Below, one piece after another: positions 47,266 through 60,958 of a stretch of DNA of 64,000 nucleotides. The translations under genes were made by a program, and so were the position numbers. The DNA lies in the NCBI GenBank assembly GCA_017610205.1, contig JAFCCL010000007.1, positions 1-64,000 of the forward strand, in the 5' to 3' direction. The notes beneath the pieces were generated by a model, which saw only the letters and a list, made by a program, of their open reading frames with translations, was not told the origin of the DNA and searched no databases. Origin of the DNA: Candidatus Iainarchaeum sp. Lineage in GTDB: Archaea; Iainarchaeota; Iainarchaeia; Iainarchaeales; GCA-2688035. Each line of letters begins with the position of its first letter. The first letter of the stretch is position 1.

Positions 47266-47581
47266 TGGCAGAATGGGCTGAAAGGATGCAGATCCTGTGT
47301 GGAAAATTTCCACAGGAATTGGGAAAAATTCTTGAAAAAGTGGGTTTTTTTGTAAAAAAATGGCTTTTTGGTTGCAAAAAAGGGCTTTTGAAGGGCTTGG
47401 TTTGGGAAGCTTTAAATGGTTTTCCATTTTTAATTTAATAGATTATTTTTATAATCAACGATTTTTTGGATTGAGAGTAAATTGTTTAAGATTGGTGCCA
47501 TCTAAACAGAACCATCATTAGAGTGGATTCAGCCAAGAGCATGGTTTCCGAAAATCGTGAAAGAGAAACGAGGGGCTAAGC

Positions 47582-47824
47582 TTGCCGGTTAAATCTGTTG
47601 AAACAGCGTACGATCATTTTCTTGTTCCAAAGCAGGTAATGATTTCAAAGGAACAGGCTGCAGAACTTCTTAAAAAATATAATTTAACACTTAATCAGCT
47701 TCCAAAAATTTCAAGCAAGGATGCTGCAATAGCAGAACTCAAACCGGTAAAAGATGAAATTGTAAAGATTATCAGAAACAGCCCTACTGCCGGAAAAACT
47801 GTTTATTATAGGAGGGTTGTCTGA
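47582..47824 (+). CDS. rpoH: RNA polymerase subunit H (Rpo5)
   Basis: HFLVPK, QLPKI, SPTAG..YYR.V. Confidence 0.93.
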   Translation: MPVKSVETAYDHFLVPKQVMISKEQAAELLKKYNLTLNQLPKISSKDAAIAELKPVKDEIVKIIRNSPTAGKTVYYRRVV

Positions 47825-49291
47825 ATGAACAATTGGGAATTAATTAATACGTATTTTAGAGACAAGAATTTTGCCCAAATGGAAATTGACAGCTTTGACC
47901 AGTTTGTTGAAAAAAAGCTTCCTGAAATTGTTGAAGAAAGCGGGGAGATAGTTCCAAAGATTGAAGAGGTTAAAATCGAATTAAGCGATATAGAAGTTTT
48001 AAAGCCAAAAATTGTCGAAGCTGACGGAAGCCCTAGAACAGAATTTTACCCAATGGAAGCAAGGACCAGAAATAGGTCTTATGCAGGTCCGATTTTTCTC
48101 ACAATGAGAATGCTAAGACGTGATGTTGAACAGGATGTAAGGCGTGCATTCATTGGTGAACTGCCAATAATGGTTAATTCAAAGCTTTGCTGGCTTAATG
48201 AAAAAAGTGTTGAAGAACGAATAGAAGCAGGTGAAGATCCTTTGGACACCGGTGGATATTTTATTATAAACGGTTCTGAAAAAGTTTTGATGACTCAGGA
48301 GGTTCTTGCAAGCGACCGTGTTTTAATAAGCAAGGGGTTGAAGGGAATTGATGCAGAGGTTATTTCAACAAAGGGTGCATTCAAAGGAAGAGTGCGTGTT
48401 TCAAGAAAGCCAGATGGTATGCTAAATATTACGTTTCCTTCTTCTCCAAAAAAGCTTAAGCTGTTTGTTTTGCTTAAGGCACTTGGCCTTAAAACAATGA
48501 GGGAATTCAGGGATGCTTTTCCTGTAGAGAAAGAAATTGAAAATGACATTCTTTTAAACTGGCAGAATACTTTTGTAAAAAATGAGGAAGAGGCTCTTGA
48601 CAGGCTTGGAAAATATGTTGCACCAGGCCAGGTAATTGATTACAGACTTAGAAGAGCACAAGAGGTAATTGACGCATTCCTGCTTCCGCACATTGGCCAA
48701 GCAAAGGAAGACAGGCTTGCAAAGGCATATTATTTGACAATGATGGCAACAAAGGCAATTGAAAGGTCATATGGCTTAAGGTCTGATGATGACAAAGACC
48801 ATTATTCAAACAAAAGGCTTGAGCTTTCAGGAAAGCTAATGGAACACTTATTCAGGTACAGTTTCAAATACTTTATTAAGGACTTAAAATTCCAAATTGA
48901 CAGGACTGTTACAAGAAGAAGAAAGCTAAACATTAGCACTGTTGTAAGACCTGGAGCAGTAAGTGAAAGAATCAGGTTTGCTATGAGCACAGGAAACTGG
49001 ATTGGAAGAGCAACTGGTGTTAGCAAGTTTATGGACAGAGTAAATTATTTGAGTCCTTTAACAGATTTAAGAAAGGTAAAAAGCCCGTTGAACAAGAACC
49101 GTGAACTGTATGAGGCAAGGGATGTTCATGGAACTCATTGGGGAAGGCTTGGACCGGTTGAAACACCAGATGGACCGCAATGTGGTTTGGTAAAAAACCT
49201 TGCTTTGATGGCAGAGGTTACAACAGAATCTGAAGAGACTGCTATTGAAGACCTTTTGCACAAAAAGGGCGTAAAAATGAGGAAGTTGTGA
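47825..49291 (+). CDS. rpoB2: RNA polymerase subunit B''
   Basis: GGYFIINGSEKV, DHYSNKRL, ETPDGPQCGLVKNLAL. Confidence 0.96.
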   Translation: MNNWELINTYFRDKNFAQMEIDSFDQFVEKKLPEIVEESGEIVPKIEEVKIELSDIEVLKPKIVEADGSPRTEFYPMEARTRNRSYAGPIFLTMRMLRRDVEQDVRRAFIGELPIMVNSKLCWLNEKSVEERIEAGEDPLDTGGYFIINGSEKVLMTQEVLASDRVLISKGLKGIDAEVISTKGAFKGRVRVSRKPDGMLNITFPSSPKKLKLFVLLKALGLKTMREFRDAFPVEKEIENDILLNWQNTFVKNEEEALDRLGKYVAPGQVIDYRLRRAQEVIDAFLLPHIGQAKEDRLAKAYYLTMMATKAIERSYGLRSDDDKDHYSNKRLELSGKLMEHLFRYSFKYFIKDLKFQIDRTVTRRRKLNISTVVRPGAVSERIRFAMSTGNWIGRATGVSKFMDRVNYLSPLTDLRKVKSPLNKNRELYEARDVHGTHWGRLGPVETPDGPQCGLVKNLALMAEVTTESEETAIEDLLHKKGVKMRKL

Positions 49292-49296
49292 TTGAA

Positions 49297-51120
49297 ATGG
49301 TGGCAAAATCAAAAATTGGAAAGGTTTACATTAATGGGAGACTTATTGGATTCCACGAGCATGTTGAAAAGCTTACTAATGAATTGATTAAAGCCAGAAG
49401 GGCAAACAAGATAAATCACCAGATAAACATTGCCTTTCACGAGGACACAAACGAATTGTACATTAACACAGATGCAGGAAGAGTGCAAAGACCTGTTATT
49501 GTTGTTGAAAATGGAAAGTCAACAATTAGTGAAGAACAATTGAAACAGGTTGTAGAAGGAAAAATGCATTGGGAAGATCTTGTAAAAGAAGGATTAATTG
49601 AATACCTTGACTCAGAAGAAGAAGAAAATGCACTTATTGCCATTGACGAAAAGGCGCTTACAAAAGAGCATACTCATTTGGAGATAAATCCAATTGCAAT
49701 TTTGAGTGTTATTAGCTCAATGATTCCGTATATTCAACATGATATGGCAGGAAAGGCATTGCATGGGGCAAAGATGTTCAAGCAAAGCCTTGGAATTGGA
49801 GGCATAAATTACAATCTTAGGTCTGATACTGAAAGCTATCTTTTGCATTACCCGCAAAAAAGCATGGTAAAAAGCAAAACTATGGGATTACTTGATCTTG
49901 ACAAAAGACCACAAACACAAAACCTTGTTGTTGCAATTGTCCCTTACAGAATTTTTAACACACTTGATGCTTATGTAATAAACCAAGCTGCTCTTGACAG
50001 AGGCATGGGAAGAAGCTGTTATTTTAGGAATTATGATGTCATTGAACAAAGATATCCAGGCGGTCAAGCAGACCGGTTTGAGCTTCCTGACGACGAAACA
50101 GTTGGATATTTGGGTGAAAACGTTTACAAAAAAATAGGCGACGACGGCATTGTAAACATTGAAACATATGTTGCAGAAAAAGATATTGTTGTTGGACGAA
50201 CAAGCCCTCCGCGTTTTTTGGAGGAAGTCAGTGAATTTGGAGTTGTTAAGGAAAAGAGACGAGACAGCAGTGTTGCTACAAGAAAGGGAAAACCAGGATT
50301 TGTTGACAAAGTAATGCTTACTGAAAGCAGTGACGGAAACAAGCTTGTAAAGATAAAAATAAGAACAACGATGATTCCGGAAGTTGGTGACAAGTTCAGC
50401 AGCAGACACGGACAAAAAGGAGTTGTTGGAGCAATTATTCCAGAAGCAGATATGCCTTTTACAATTGACGGAATAAAACCCGACCTAATACTAAATCCAC
50501 ATAGTATTCCAAGCAGAATGACCATGGGACATTTGCTTGAGATGCTTGGCGGCAAGGTAAGCAGTTTGAAAGGAGAAGATATTGACGGAACTCCATTCAA
50601 CAGCATGACAAAAGATGATTTGGAAAACATGCTTGAAGGAACAGGATTTAGAAAGGATGGAAAGGAAACATTTTATGACGGTATTACAGGTAAAAGAATT
50701 ACAGGACAGATTTTTTCAGGAATTATTGCTTACAGAAGACTTTTCCATATGGTTGCACACAAAATGCAGGCAAGAGCAAGAGGGCCGGTGCAAATTCTTA
50801 CAAGACAGCCAACAGAAGGAAAAGAAAAAGATGGCGGCCTAAGATTTGGTGAAATGGAAGGAGAAACACTTGTAGGACACGGAGCAGCAATGCTTTTACA
50901 GGAAAAATTTATTGAAAACAGCGATCGCATTGTAGAACTTGTATGTGAAAAATGCGGAGTTATAGGAGTGCATGACCAGATAAGAAACAGGCGTTATTGC
51001 CCTTTGTGCGACAGCAGCAGGGTTTATCCTGTTGAAATGAGTTATGGCTTCAAATTAATGCTTGATGAATTAAAGGCACTGGGAATATACCCAAAAATTG
51101 TAATTGGAGACAAGGCGTGA
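49297..51120 (+). CDS. rpoB1: RNA polymerase subunit B'
   Basis: GDKFSSRHGQKG, NPHSIPSRMT, GGLRFGEME. Confidence 0.96.
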   Translation: MVAKSKIGKVYINGRLIGFHEHVEKLTNELIKARRANKINHQINIAFHEDTNELYINTDAGRVQRPVIVVENGKSTISEEQLKQVVEGKMHWEDLVKEGLIEYLDSEEEENALIAIDEKALTKEHTHLEINPIAILSVISSMIPYIQHDMAGKALHGAKMFKQSLGIGGINYNLRSDTESYLLHYPQKSMVKSKTMGLLDLDKRPQTQNLVVAIVPYRIFNTLDAYVINQAALDRGMGRSCYFRNYDVIEQRYPGGQADRFELPDDETVGYLGENVYKKIGDDGIVNIETYVAEKDIVVGRTSPPRFLEEVSEFGVVKEKRRDSSVATRKGKPGFVDKVMLTESSDGNKLVKIKIRTTMIPEVGDKFSSRHGQKGVVGAIIPEADMPFTIDGIKPDLILNPHSIPSRMTMGHLLEMLGGKVSSLKGEDIDGTPFNSMTKDDLENMLEGTGFRKDGKETFYDGITGKRITGQIFSGIIAYRRLFHMVAHKMQARARGPVQILTRQPTEGKEKDGGLRFGEMEGETLVGHGAAMLLQEKFIENSDRIVELVCEKCGVIGVHDQIRNRRYCPLCDSSRVYPVEMSYGFKLMLDELKALGIYPKIVIGDKA

Positions 51121-51130
51121 TAACATGAAA

Positions 51131-51179
51131 GCGAATGAAATGAGCATGTGCCATAGCGAACAAAGTGAGCGTATGGCAC
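51131..51179. repeat. Miniature hairpin element, copy B, between rpoB' and rpoA'
   Basis: gcgaatgaaatgagc, then inverted repeat gtgccata/tatggcac around gcgaacaaagtgagcg. Confidence 0.6.
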
Positions 51180-51204
51180 CCGCATTCAAGGGGCGTGACC
51201 TTGC

Positions 51205-55079
<3,875 letters not shown>

Positions 55080-55081
55080 AA

Positions 55082-55384
55082 ATGGTTGAGGCAGGAAAGG
55101 AATTAAGAAGAGCTGTTGACACAGGAAATGTTCTCTTTGGAAAAAGAGGAGTTGAAAAAAGCGTTTTAAAAGGCAAATGCAAACTTGTTATTATAAGCAG
55201 TAATGCTGAAAAGTATGCTAAAGAAAGGGTAGAACAGTTGTGTAAAACAGCAGGAACTCCTTTTTTTGAATTTGAAGCAACAGGAATTGACATTGGAAGC
55301 TACTGCGGAAAACCATTTGTTGTTTCCTTTGCAGGAATAGAAAATGCAGGCAAAAGCAAGGTTCTTGGGCTTATAAAAAAGTAA
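55082..55384 (+). CDS. rpl30e: 50S ribosomal protein L30e
   Basis: AVDTG.V..G, G..CGKPF.VS; operon position. Confidence 0.93.
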   Translation: MVEAGKELRRAVDTGNVLFGKRGVEKSVLKGKCKLVIISSNAEKYAKERVEQLCKTAGTPFFEFEATGIDIGSYCGKPFVVSFAGIENAGKSKVLGLIKK

Positions 55385-55404
55385 GTAGTGTAACAGTGTT
55401 CAGA

Positions 55405-55818
55405 ATGCGATTGACAAGTGATGAAATTTTTTATTTGAATGAGCTTAACAGCGCAAGCGGTGCAAATGCACGCGATTGTGTTATAGGCGGAAATGTAATT
55501 ACATTTCTTGTAAAAAAAAAGGAATTGGGAAAGGCAATCGGAAAAGATGCGGTTGCAGTAAAAAAACTGAGGCTAAAACTCAAGCTTAATGTTGAATTAT
55601 TGGAATATACAGAGGAAGGAAAGGAGTTTATCAAAAAGGCATTGTATGATATTAAGATAAAAGAAATTAAATTTGTTGAAAAAAATGGTAAAAAAATTGC
55701 AAATGTTATGCTTGAATCAGGCGAAAGACGTAAAATATTGAGTCAAACAGGCAGACTGAAAAGAATTAAAGCTTTAGCACGAAGGAATTATAAAGTTGAG
55801 GATATAAAAATTCATTAA
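55405..55818 (+). CDS. nusA: Archaeal NusA
   Basis: DCVI, GKAIGK KH motif; lies between L30e and S12. Confidence 0.88.
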   Translation: MRLTSDEIFYLNELNSASGANARDCVIGGNVITFLVKKKELGKAIGKDAVAVKKLRLKLKLNVELLEYTEEGKEFIKKALYDIKIKEIKFVEKNGKKIANVMLESGERRKILSQTGRLKRIKALARRNYKVEDIKIH

Positions 55819-55833
55819 GTTAAGTGATTTATT

Positions 55834-56262
55834 ATGGCAAAAGGAGAATTTGCAGCAAGAAAGTTGGAGTCCGACAGGCAGAAGTGGAACTGGAAGAACC
55901 CACGCTATAAGCGAAAAAAGCTTGGAATGGATAAAAAGCACAACCTGCTTGAAGGAAGCCCGCAGGGCAGAGGAATTGTTATTGAAAAAAGAGGGGTAAC
56001 AGCAAAACAGCCTAATTCAGGTATTAGAAAATGTGTAAGGGTACAGCTTATAAAAAACGGAAAACAGCTTACAGCTTTAGCACCAAAAGATGGTGCAATA
56101 AAATTTATTGACGAACACGACGAAGTAATAGTTGAAGGAATTGGCGGAGCACAAGGAGGACCAAAGGGAGACCTTTGGGGAGTAAAGTACAGGGTAACAC
56201 ACGTTAACAATCAGGCTCTTGAAATGCTCAGGTCAGGAAAAAAGGAAAAGGTTAAAAGATAA
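55834..56262 (+). CDS. rps12: 30S ribosomal protein S12
   Basis: [21 protein letters not shown]. Confidence 0.97.
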   Translation: MAKGEFAARKLESDRQKWNWKNPRYKRKKLGMDKKHNLLEGSPQGRGIVIEKRGVTAKQPNSGIRKCVRVQLIKNGKQLTALAPKDGAIKFIDEHDEVIVEGIGGAQGGPKGDLWGVKYRVTHVNNQALEMLRSGKKEKVKR

Positions 56263-56280
56263 ATTTAAGGTGCTTTTTTT

Positions 56281-56883
56281 ATGGCAAAAGTTTTTGACAA
56301 GTGGGATTCTGAAGGCGTTAAAATAACTGATTTGAGTATTGCACGCTATATAGTGCTTGATTCAAAAACAGTGCCGCACACATTTGGCAAACAAACTCAA
56401 AAAATGTTTGCAAAAGGAAAAATGAGCATTGTTGAAAGGCTTATTAACAAAATTATGAGAAGCGGACAGGGAAAAAGAAAGCTTTCAGGAAAATATATAA
56501 GAAACAGGCAGGGCTGCGGAAAAAAATTACAAGCAATGCGAATTGTTGAAGAGGCTTTTGAAATAGTTGAACAGAAAACAAAACAGAATCCACTGCAGGT
56601 TCTTGTAAAAGCTCTTGAAAATGCAGCTCCAAGAGAAGATACTACAAAAATTAAAAGAGGCGGAATTGCTTACGCAGTAGCAGTTGACGTTGCTCCAATT
56701 ACAAGACTTGACGAAGCATTGAAAAACATTGCTTTGGCAGGATTTGTTGGTTCATTCAATAAGAAAAAAACTGCCGGAGAAGCTTTGGCAGAAGAACTTA
56801 TTCTTGCTTCACAGGAAGACCAAAAAAGCCTTAGTGTAAAAAGACGGGATGAAGTTGAAAGAATTGCAAAGAGCAGCAGATAA
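56281..56883 (+). CDS. rps7: 30S ribosomal protein S7
   Basis: IVERLINK, NPLQVLV.A.EN.APRE, ERIAKSSR. Confidence 0.96.
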   Translation: MAKVFDKWDSEGVKITDLSIARYIVLDSKTVPHTFGKQTQKMFAKGKMSIVERLINKIMRSGQGKRKLSGKYIRNRQGCGKKLQAMRIVEEAFEIVEQKTKQNPLQVLVKALENAAPREDTTKIKRGGIAYAVAVDVAPITRLDEALKNIALAGFVGSFNKKKTAGEALAEELILASQEDQKSLSVKRRDEVERIAKSSR

Positions 56884-56903
56884 TTTTTAAAAGTTGTTTT
56901 TTT

Positions 56904-59096
56904 ATGGGAAGAAAAGAGGACATGGTAAAACTTGCAGAATCCCTAATGAATGACAGGGAACATATCAGAAATATTGGTGTTGTCGCACACATTGACCACG
57001 GCAAGACTACGATGACAGATTCGCTGATTGCCGCCGCAGGTCTGATGAGCGAAGAACTTGCAGGCAAGCAAAGGATGATGGACTACTACGAACTTGAGCA
57101 AGCAAGAGGAATTACGATTAATGCTGCAAACATTAGTCTTGTGCACGAGTTTGAGGGAAAAAAGCACCTGATTAACATTATTGACACGCCAGGGCACATT
57201 GACTTCGGAGGAGAAGTGATTAGAGCAATGAGGGCTGTTGACGGAGTAATTGTTGTTGTTGATTCTGTTGAAGGAGTAATGCCACAAACTGAAACAGTTA
57301 TAAGGCAGGCTTTGAAGGAAAGGGTAAAGCCAACTTTGTTCATTAACAAGGTTGACAGGCTTGTAAACGAATTGCAGCTTACTGCTGAACAAATGCAGGA
57401 AAGGTTTGTAAAAACAATTGCACAGGTAAACAACCTGATTAAAAAAAATGCTTCAAAGGAATATGTTGAAGAATGGCAGGTTAGGGTAAATAACGGCTCG
57501 GTTTCATTTGGTTCAGCTTACAACAATTGGGCAATAAGCAGCCATTCAATGAAGGAAACAGGAATCAGCTTCAAGGACGTGTTTGATTACTGCAAAAGCG
57601 AGGACCAAAAGACTTTGGCAAAAAAGAGCCCGTTGCATGAAATTCTTTTAAGAATGGTTATAGAGCATCTTCCAAACCCAATTGAGGCACAAAAGTACAG
57701 GGCAGCAGTTATTTGGGCAGGTGACAAAGAATCAGAAGTTGGAAAGGCAATGATTTCCTGTGACAAAGACGGGCCTATTTCAATGATGGTTACAGATGTT
57801 ACAGTTGACCCGCATGCAGGAGATATTGCAACAGGAAGGATTTATTCAGGAACGTTAAAAGCAGGCACAAAAGTCAGGGCAATTGGAATGCAAAAGGAGG
57901 TTGCCATACAACAGGTTGTTCTTTTTATGGGACAGGAAAGAATAAAGGTTGACGAGGTTCCCGCAGGAAACATTGCAGGCATTACAGGATTAAAAGAGGT
58001 TTTTGCAGGAGAAACAATTGGAAGTGAGGAAATAAAGCCGTTTGAAAGCTTTAAGAGTTCAGCAGAACCAGTTATGACAATAAGCGTTGAACCAAAGCAA
58101 ACAAAGGATTTGCCAAAGCTAATAGAAGTAATAAGGCAGATTTCAAAAGAGGATCCAAACATTGTTTCAAGCTTAAACCAGGAAACAGGAGAACATTTGC
58201 TTTCAGGAATGGGAGAACTGCATTTGGAAGTAACACAATACAGAATTGAATCAGACCACAAAATTCCAATTGAAGTAAGCCCGCCAATTGTTGTTTACAG
58301 GGAAACTATTTTGAAGGAAAGCCCTACTTTGGAGGGAAAAAGCCCTAACAGGCACAACAAATTCAAAATGAAAGCAACTCCAATTCCAAAGGAACAGCTT
58401 GAAAAACTTATTGAGTCAAAAATTTTGGGAAAAATAAAACCAAAGGACAAGGAAATGATTGCAAAGTTTGAAGAAATGGGATTTGGGAGGGACACAAGCA
58501 GGAGAATTTGGGCAGTTCACAATAATTGCATTCTTGCAGATATGACAAGAGGAATTGTTGCATTGCACGAAATCAGAGAACTTGTTATACAGGCATTTAA
58601 TGACGCAATGGACCAGGGTCCTTTGGCAAAAGAAAAATGCTTTGGAGTAATGATAGAACTTGAAGATGCAACCCTGCACGAGGATGCAATCCACAGAGGG
58701 CCTGCACAGGTCTTGCCAGCAGTTACAAGAACATGCTATGCCGGCATGCTAAGCGCAGACGCTGTTTTGTTTGAACCAAAACAGACTTTGTTTATTTCAT
58801 GCCCACAGGATTACATGGGGTCTGTTTCAAAGGAATTGGGTCAGAGAAGAACTCAGATTACTGAAATGAAACAGGAAGGAGACGCAAGCATTTTCATAGC
58901 AAAGGCTCCTGTAAAAGAACTTATTGGCTTCTCAGCAGCCATCAGAGGCGCTACACAGGGAAGAGCAATCTGGACAGCAGAATACGCAGGATATGAACAG
59001 CTCCCACGTGAGATGCAGAAAACTGTTATAGAAGAAGTAAGGAAAAGAAAGGGCATGGACCTAACAGTTAAAAGCGCGCAATTCTTTTTGGAATAA
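56904..59096 (+). CDS. fusA: Elongation factor EF-2
   Basis: AHIDHGKTT, DTPGH, NKVD; diphthamide loop HEDAIHRGPAQ. Confidence 0.97.
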   Translation: MGRKEDMVKLAESLMNDREHIRNIGVVAHIDHGKTTMTDSLIAAAGLMSEELAGKQRMMDYYELEQARGITINAANISLVHEFEGKKHLINIIDTPGHIDFGGEVIRAMRAVDGVIVVVDSVEGVMPQTETVIRQALKERVKPTLFINKVDRLVNELQLTAEQMQERFVKTIAQVNNLIKKNASKEYVEEWQVRVNNGSVSFGSAYNNWAISSHSMKETGISFKDVFDYCKSEDQKTLAKKSPLHEILLRMVIEHLPNPIEAQKYRAAVIWAGDKESEVGKAMISCDKDGPISMMVTDVTVDPHAGDIATGRIYSGTLKAGTKVRAIGMQKEVAIQQVVLFMGQERIKVDEVPAGNIAGITGLKEVFAGETIGSEEIKPFESFKSSAEPVMTISVEPKQTKDLPKLIEVIRQISKEDPNIVSSLNQETGEHLLSGMGELHLEVTQYRIESDHKIPIEVSPPIVVYRETILKESPTLEGKSPNRHNKFKMKATPIPKEQLEKLIESKILGKIKPKDKEMIAKFEEMGFGRDTSRRIWAVHNNCILADMTRGIVALHEIRELVIQAFNDAMDQGPLAKEKCFGVMIELEDATLHEDAIHRGPAQVLPAVTRTCYAGMLSADAVLFEPKQTLFISCPQDYMGSVSKELGQRRTQITEMKQEGDASIFIAKAPVKELIGFSAAIRGATQGRAIWTAEYAGYEQLPREMQKTVIEEVRKRKGMDLTVKSAQFFLE

Positions 59097-59129
59097 AGGA
59101 TTGTTTTTTAAAGACCTTTTTGAAGCAAG

Positions 59130-60242
59130 CTATTTTTCAACGCAATACATTTTTAGCGGAGTGCATTTTTCCAAATCCTTTGAGGCCTTTTTGCCAAGCA
59201 CTTCTTTAAAGTGTTTTGGAGTAAGGCCGTTGTTTGGCCGCCTGATGATAATGTTTTCTTTGGATAAGATTTCGCCTGCTTTAACGTCTTCCTTTACCCA
59301 GATTGAGGGCCTGAAAATTATATTTTTTGCTTCTTCTTCACCAGGACCATAAGAAGGAGTTCCAAGCATTGTTTTTGTAGTTGGATTTGTTTTGTCAATG
59401 GAAATGTTTTCCTTTTCTACCAGCCTTACCTTTTCAACTAAAGCGCTGAATTCTTGTGGTTCTAAAGAAAAAGCAGCGTCAGGTCCGCCTTCATCTCTTA
59501 AAATAATTAAGTGCTTTTCAATTACACAGGCACCAAGCTGTGTTGCGATGACTGCATCTTCTGTACCAGGAACATGGCTTGAAAGACCTGAGAGAACAGA
59601 GAAATTTTTCTCAAGTTCTGGAATTGTTGCAAGGTTCATTTCTTCTGGTTTGGCAGGGTAAGAGCTGATGCAGTGAAGAAGGATAATATTTGGACAGCCT
59701 GCTTGCTTAAGGGTTTGAATTGCAAGCGCTATCTCTTCCTTGCTGCAAAGACCGGTTGACATTATTACCGGTTTCTTTGTTTGCCCAATTTTTTTAAGCA
59801 AGGGAATGTGAACAACTTCAAAGGAAGAAACCTTGTACAAGGAAACATTCATTTTTTCAAGAAAGTCAACTGCTGTAGCGTCAAAAGGCGCAGAGAAAAG
59901 GAAAAGTCCTTTTTCTTCAGCGTATTCTTTGAGCTTTGGTTGCCATTCCCAGGGAGTGTGAGCTTCTTTGTAAAGGCTGTATAATGTTCTGCCTTTCCAG
60001 AGATTGTCTTCGGTTATTACAAAAAATTCGTTTTCACAATTTAAGGTAATTGTGTCAGCAGTGTAGGTTTGAAGCTTTACTGCGTCTGCTCCTGCTGCAG
60101 CTGCAGCGTCAATTATTTCAAGCGCCTTGTCATAGCTTTGGTGATGATTTGCAGACATTTCTGCAATTATGAAAGCAGACTGGTTTTGGCCAATTTTTCG
60201 CTTTAGCTTGCCTTGCCTTAATTCAAATTCTTGCACTGGCAT
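59130..60242 (-). CDS. pseI: Pseudaminic/sialic acid synthase (NeuB/PseI family)
   Basis: IAEMSANH, KLQTYT, HTPWEW, LHCISSYP, IEKH, GPDAAFSLEP, C-terminal SAF domain. Confidence 0.85.
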   Translation of the reverse strand: MPVQEFELRQGKLKRKIGQNQSAFIIAEMSANHHQSYDKALEIIDAAAAAGADAVKLQTYTADTITLNCENEFFVITEDNLWKGRTLYSLYKEAHTPWEWQPKLKEYAEEKGLFLFSAPFDATAVDFLEKMNVSLYKVSSFEVVHIPLLKKIGQTKKPVIMSTGLCSKEEIALAIQTLKQAGCPNIILLHCISSYPAKPEEMNLATIPELEKNFSVLSGLSSHVPGTEDAVIATQLGACVIEKHLIILRDEGGPDAAFSLEPQEFSALVEKVRLVEKENISIDKTNPTTKTMLGTPSYGPGEEEAKNIIFRPSIWVKEDVKAGEILSKENIIIRRPNNGLTPKHFKEVLGKKASKDLEKCTPLKMYCVEK

Positions 60243-60334
60243 AGAAAGAAAATGGCGTGAAATGTTATTTAAATGAATTCTTGCAGGGCTTGTACCCAAA
60301 AATGTTTAAATAGCTTGAAGGCAAGGATATTATT

Positions 60335-60784
60335 ATGAGTAGAGCCAGTTTGTATGGGAGAAGACCAAATCCTGGGAGGAAAACTAGAACTGGGCAGGAC
60401 AGGGTTGAACTCGCACAAAAACTTGCAGGACCCGGAGGAAGAGTTTCAAAGGGTTTGGCTAAAAGTCTTGATGAAAGCCTTGGAAGAAGGCGGGTTAGGA
60501 AATTGCTTAAGGCAAACTTTTCTTTTCCGGCAATTGAACGCTGGTTGAATGTTTATGGCAGCAATAGAACTACTTTAAAGCATTTGATGGATGTGGTTAG
60601 TCCAAAGTTTCCAATGACGTTTTACAATATTTTGGGATGGGAAAGGTTCAAAATGGTTGTAAAGCATGTTGGAGGCCTTTCAAAGGAGAAATTAAAAATA
60701 ATTTTAAATGAGGCAAAAGCTGGAAAAAGCGGGAAAGAACTTGTTGAAATGATTAAAAGCAATTTTAAAGGAAAAAGGTTTTGA
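60335..60784 (+). CDS. Basic hypothetical protein
   Basis: 149 aa, Arg/Lys-rich; TATA tttaaata about 25 nt upstream. Confidence 0.7.
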   Translation: MSRASLYGRRPNPGRKTRTGQDRVELAQKLAGPGGRVSKGLAKSLDESLGRRRVRKLLKANFSFPAIERWLNVYGSNRTTLKHLMDVVSPKFPMTFYNILGWERFKMVVKHVGGLSKEKLKIILNEAKAGKSGKELVEMIKSNFKGKRF

Positions 60785-60958
60785 TGGAATAAAAATGCCT
60801 TGTGGTAAGAACCATCAGAAAAAAATCTAAAACCCAAAATTCAGCCTTTAATAAAGTGTTTTTAAAGCTTTTGGAATAAGAGATTGTAATTGAGAGTTAG
60901 TGGTTTCCAATTTCTCCATAAAAGAATTGGTGGCGAATTCAGTTTGGAGGTATAGAAA

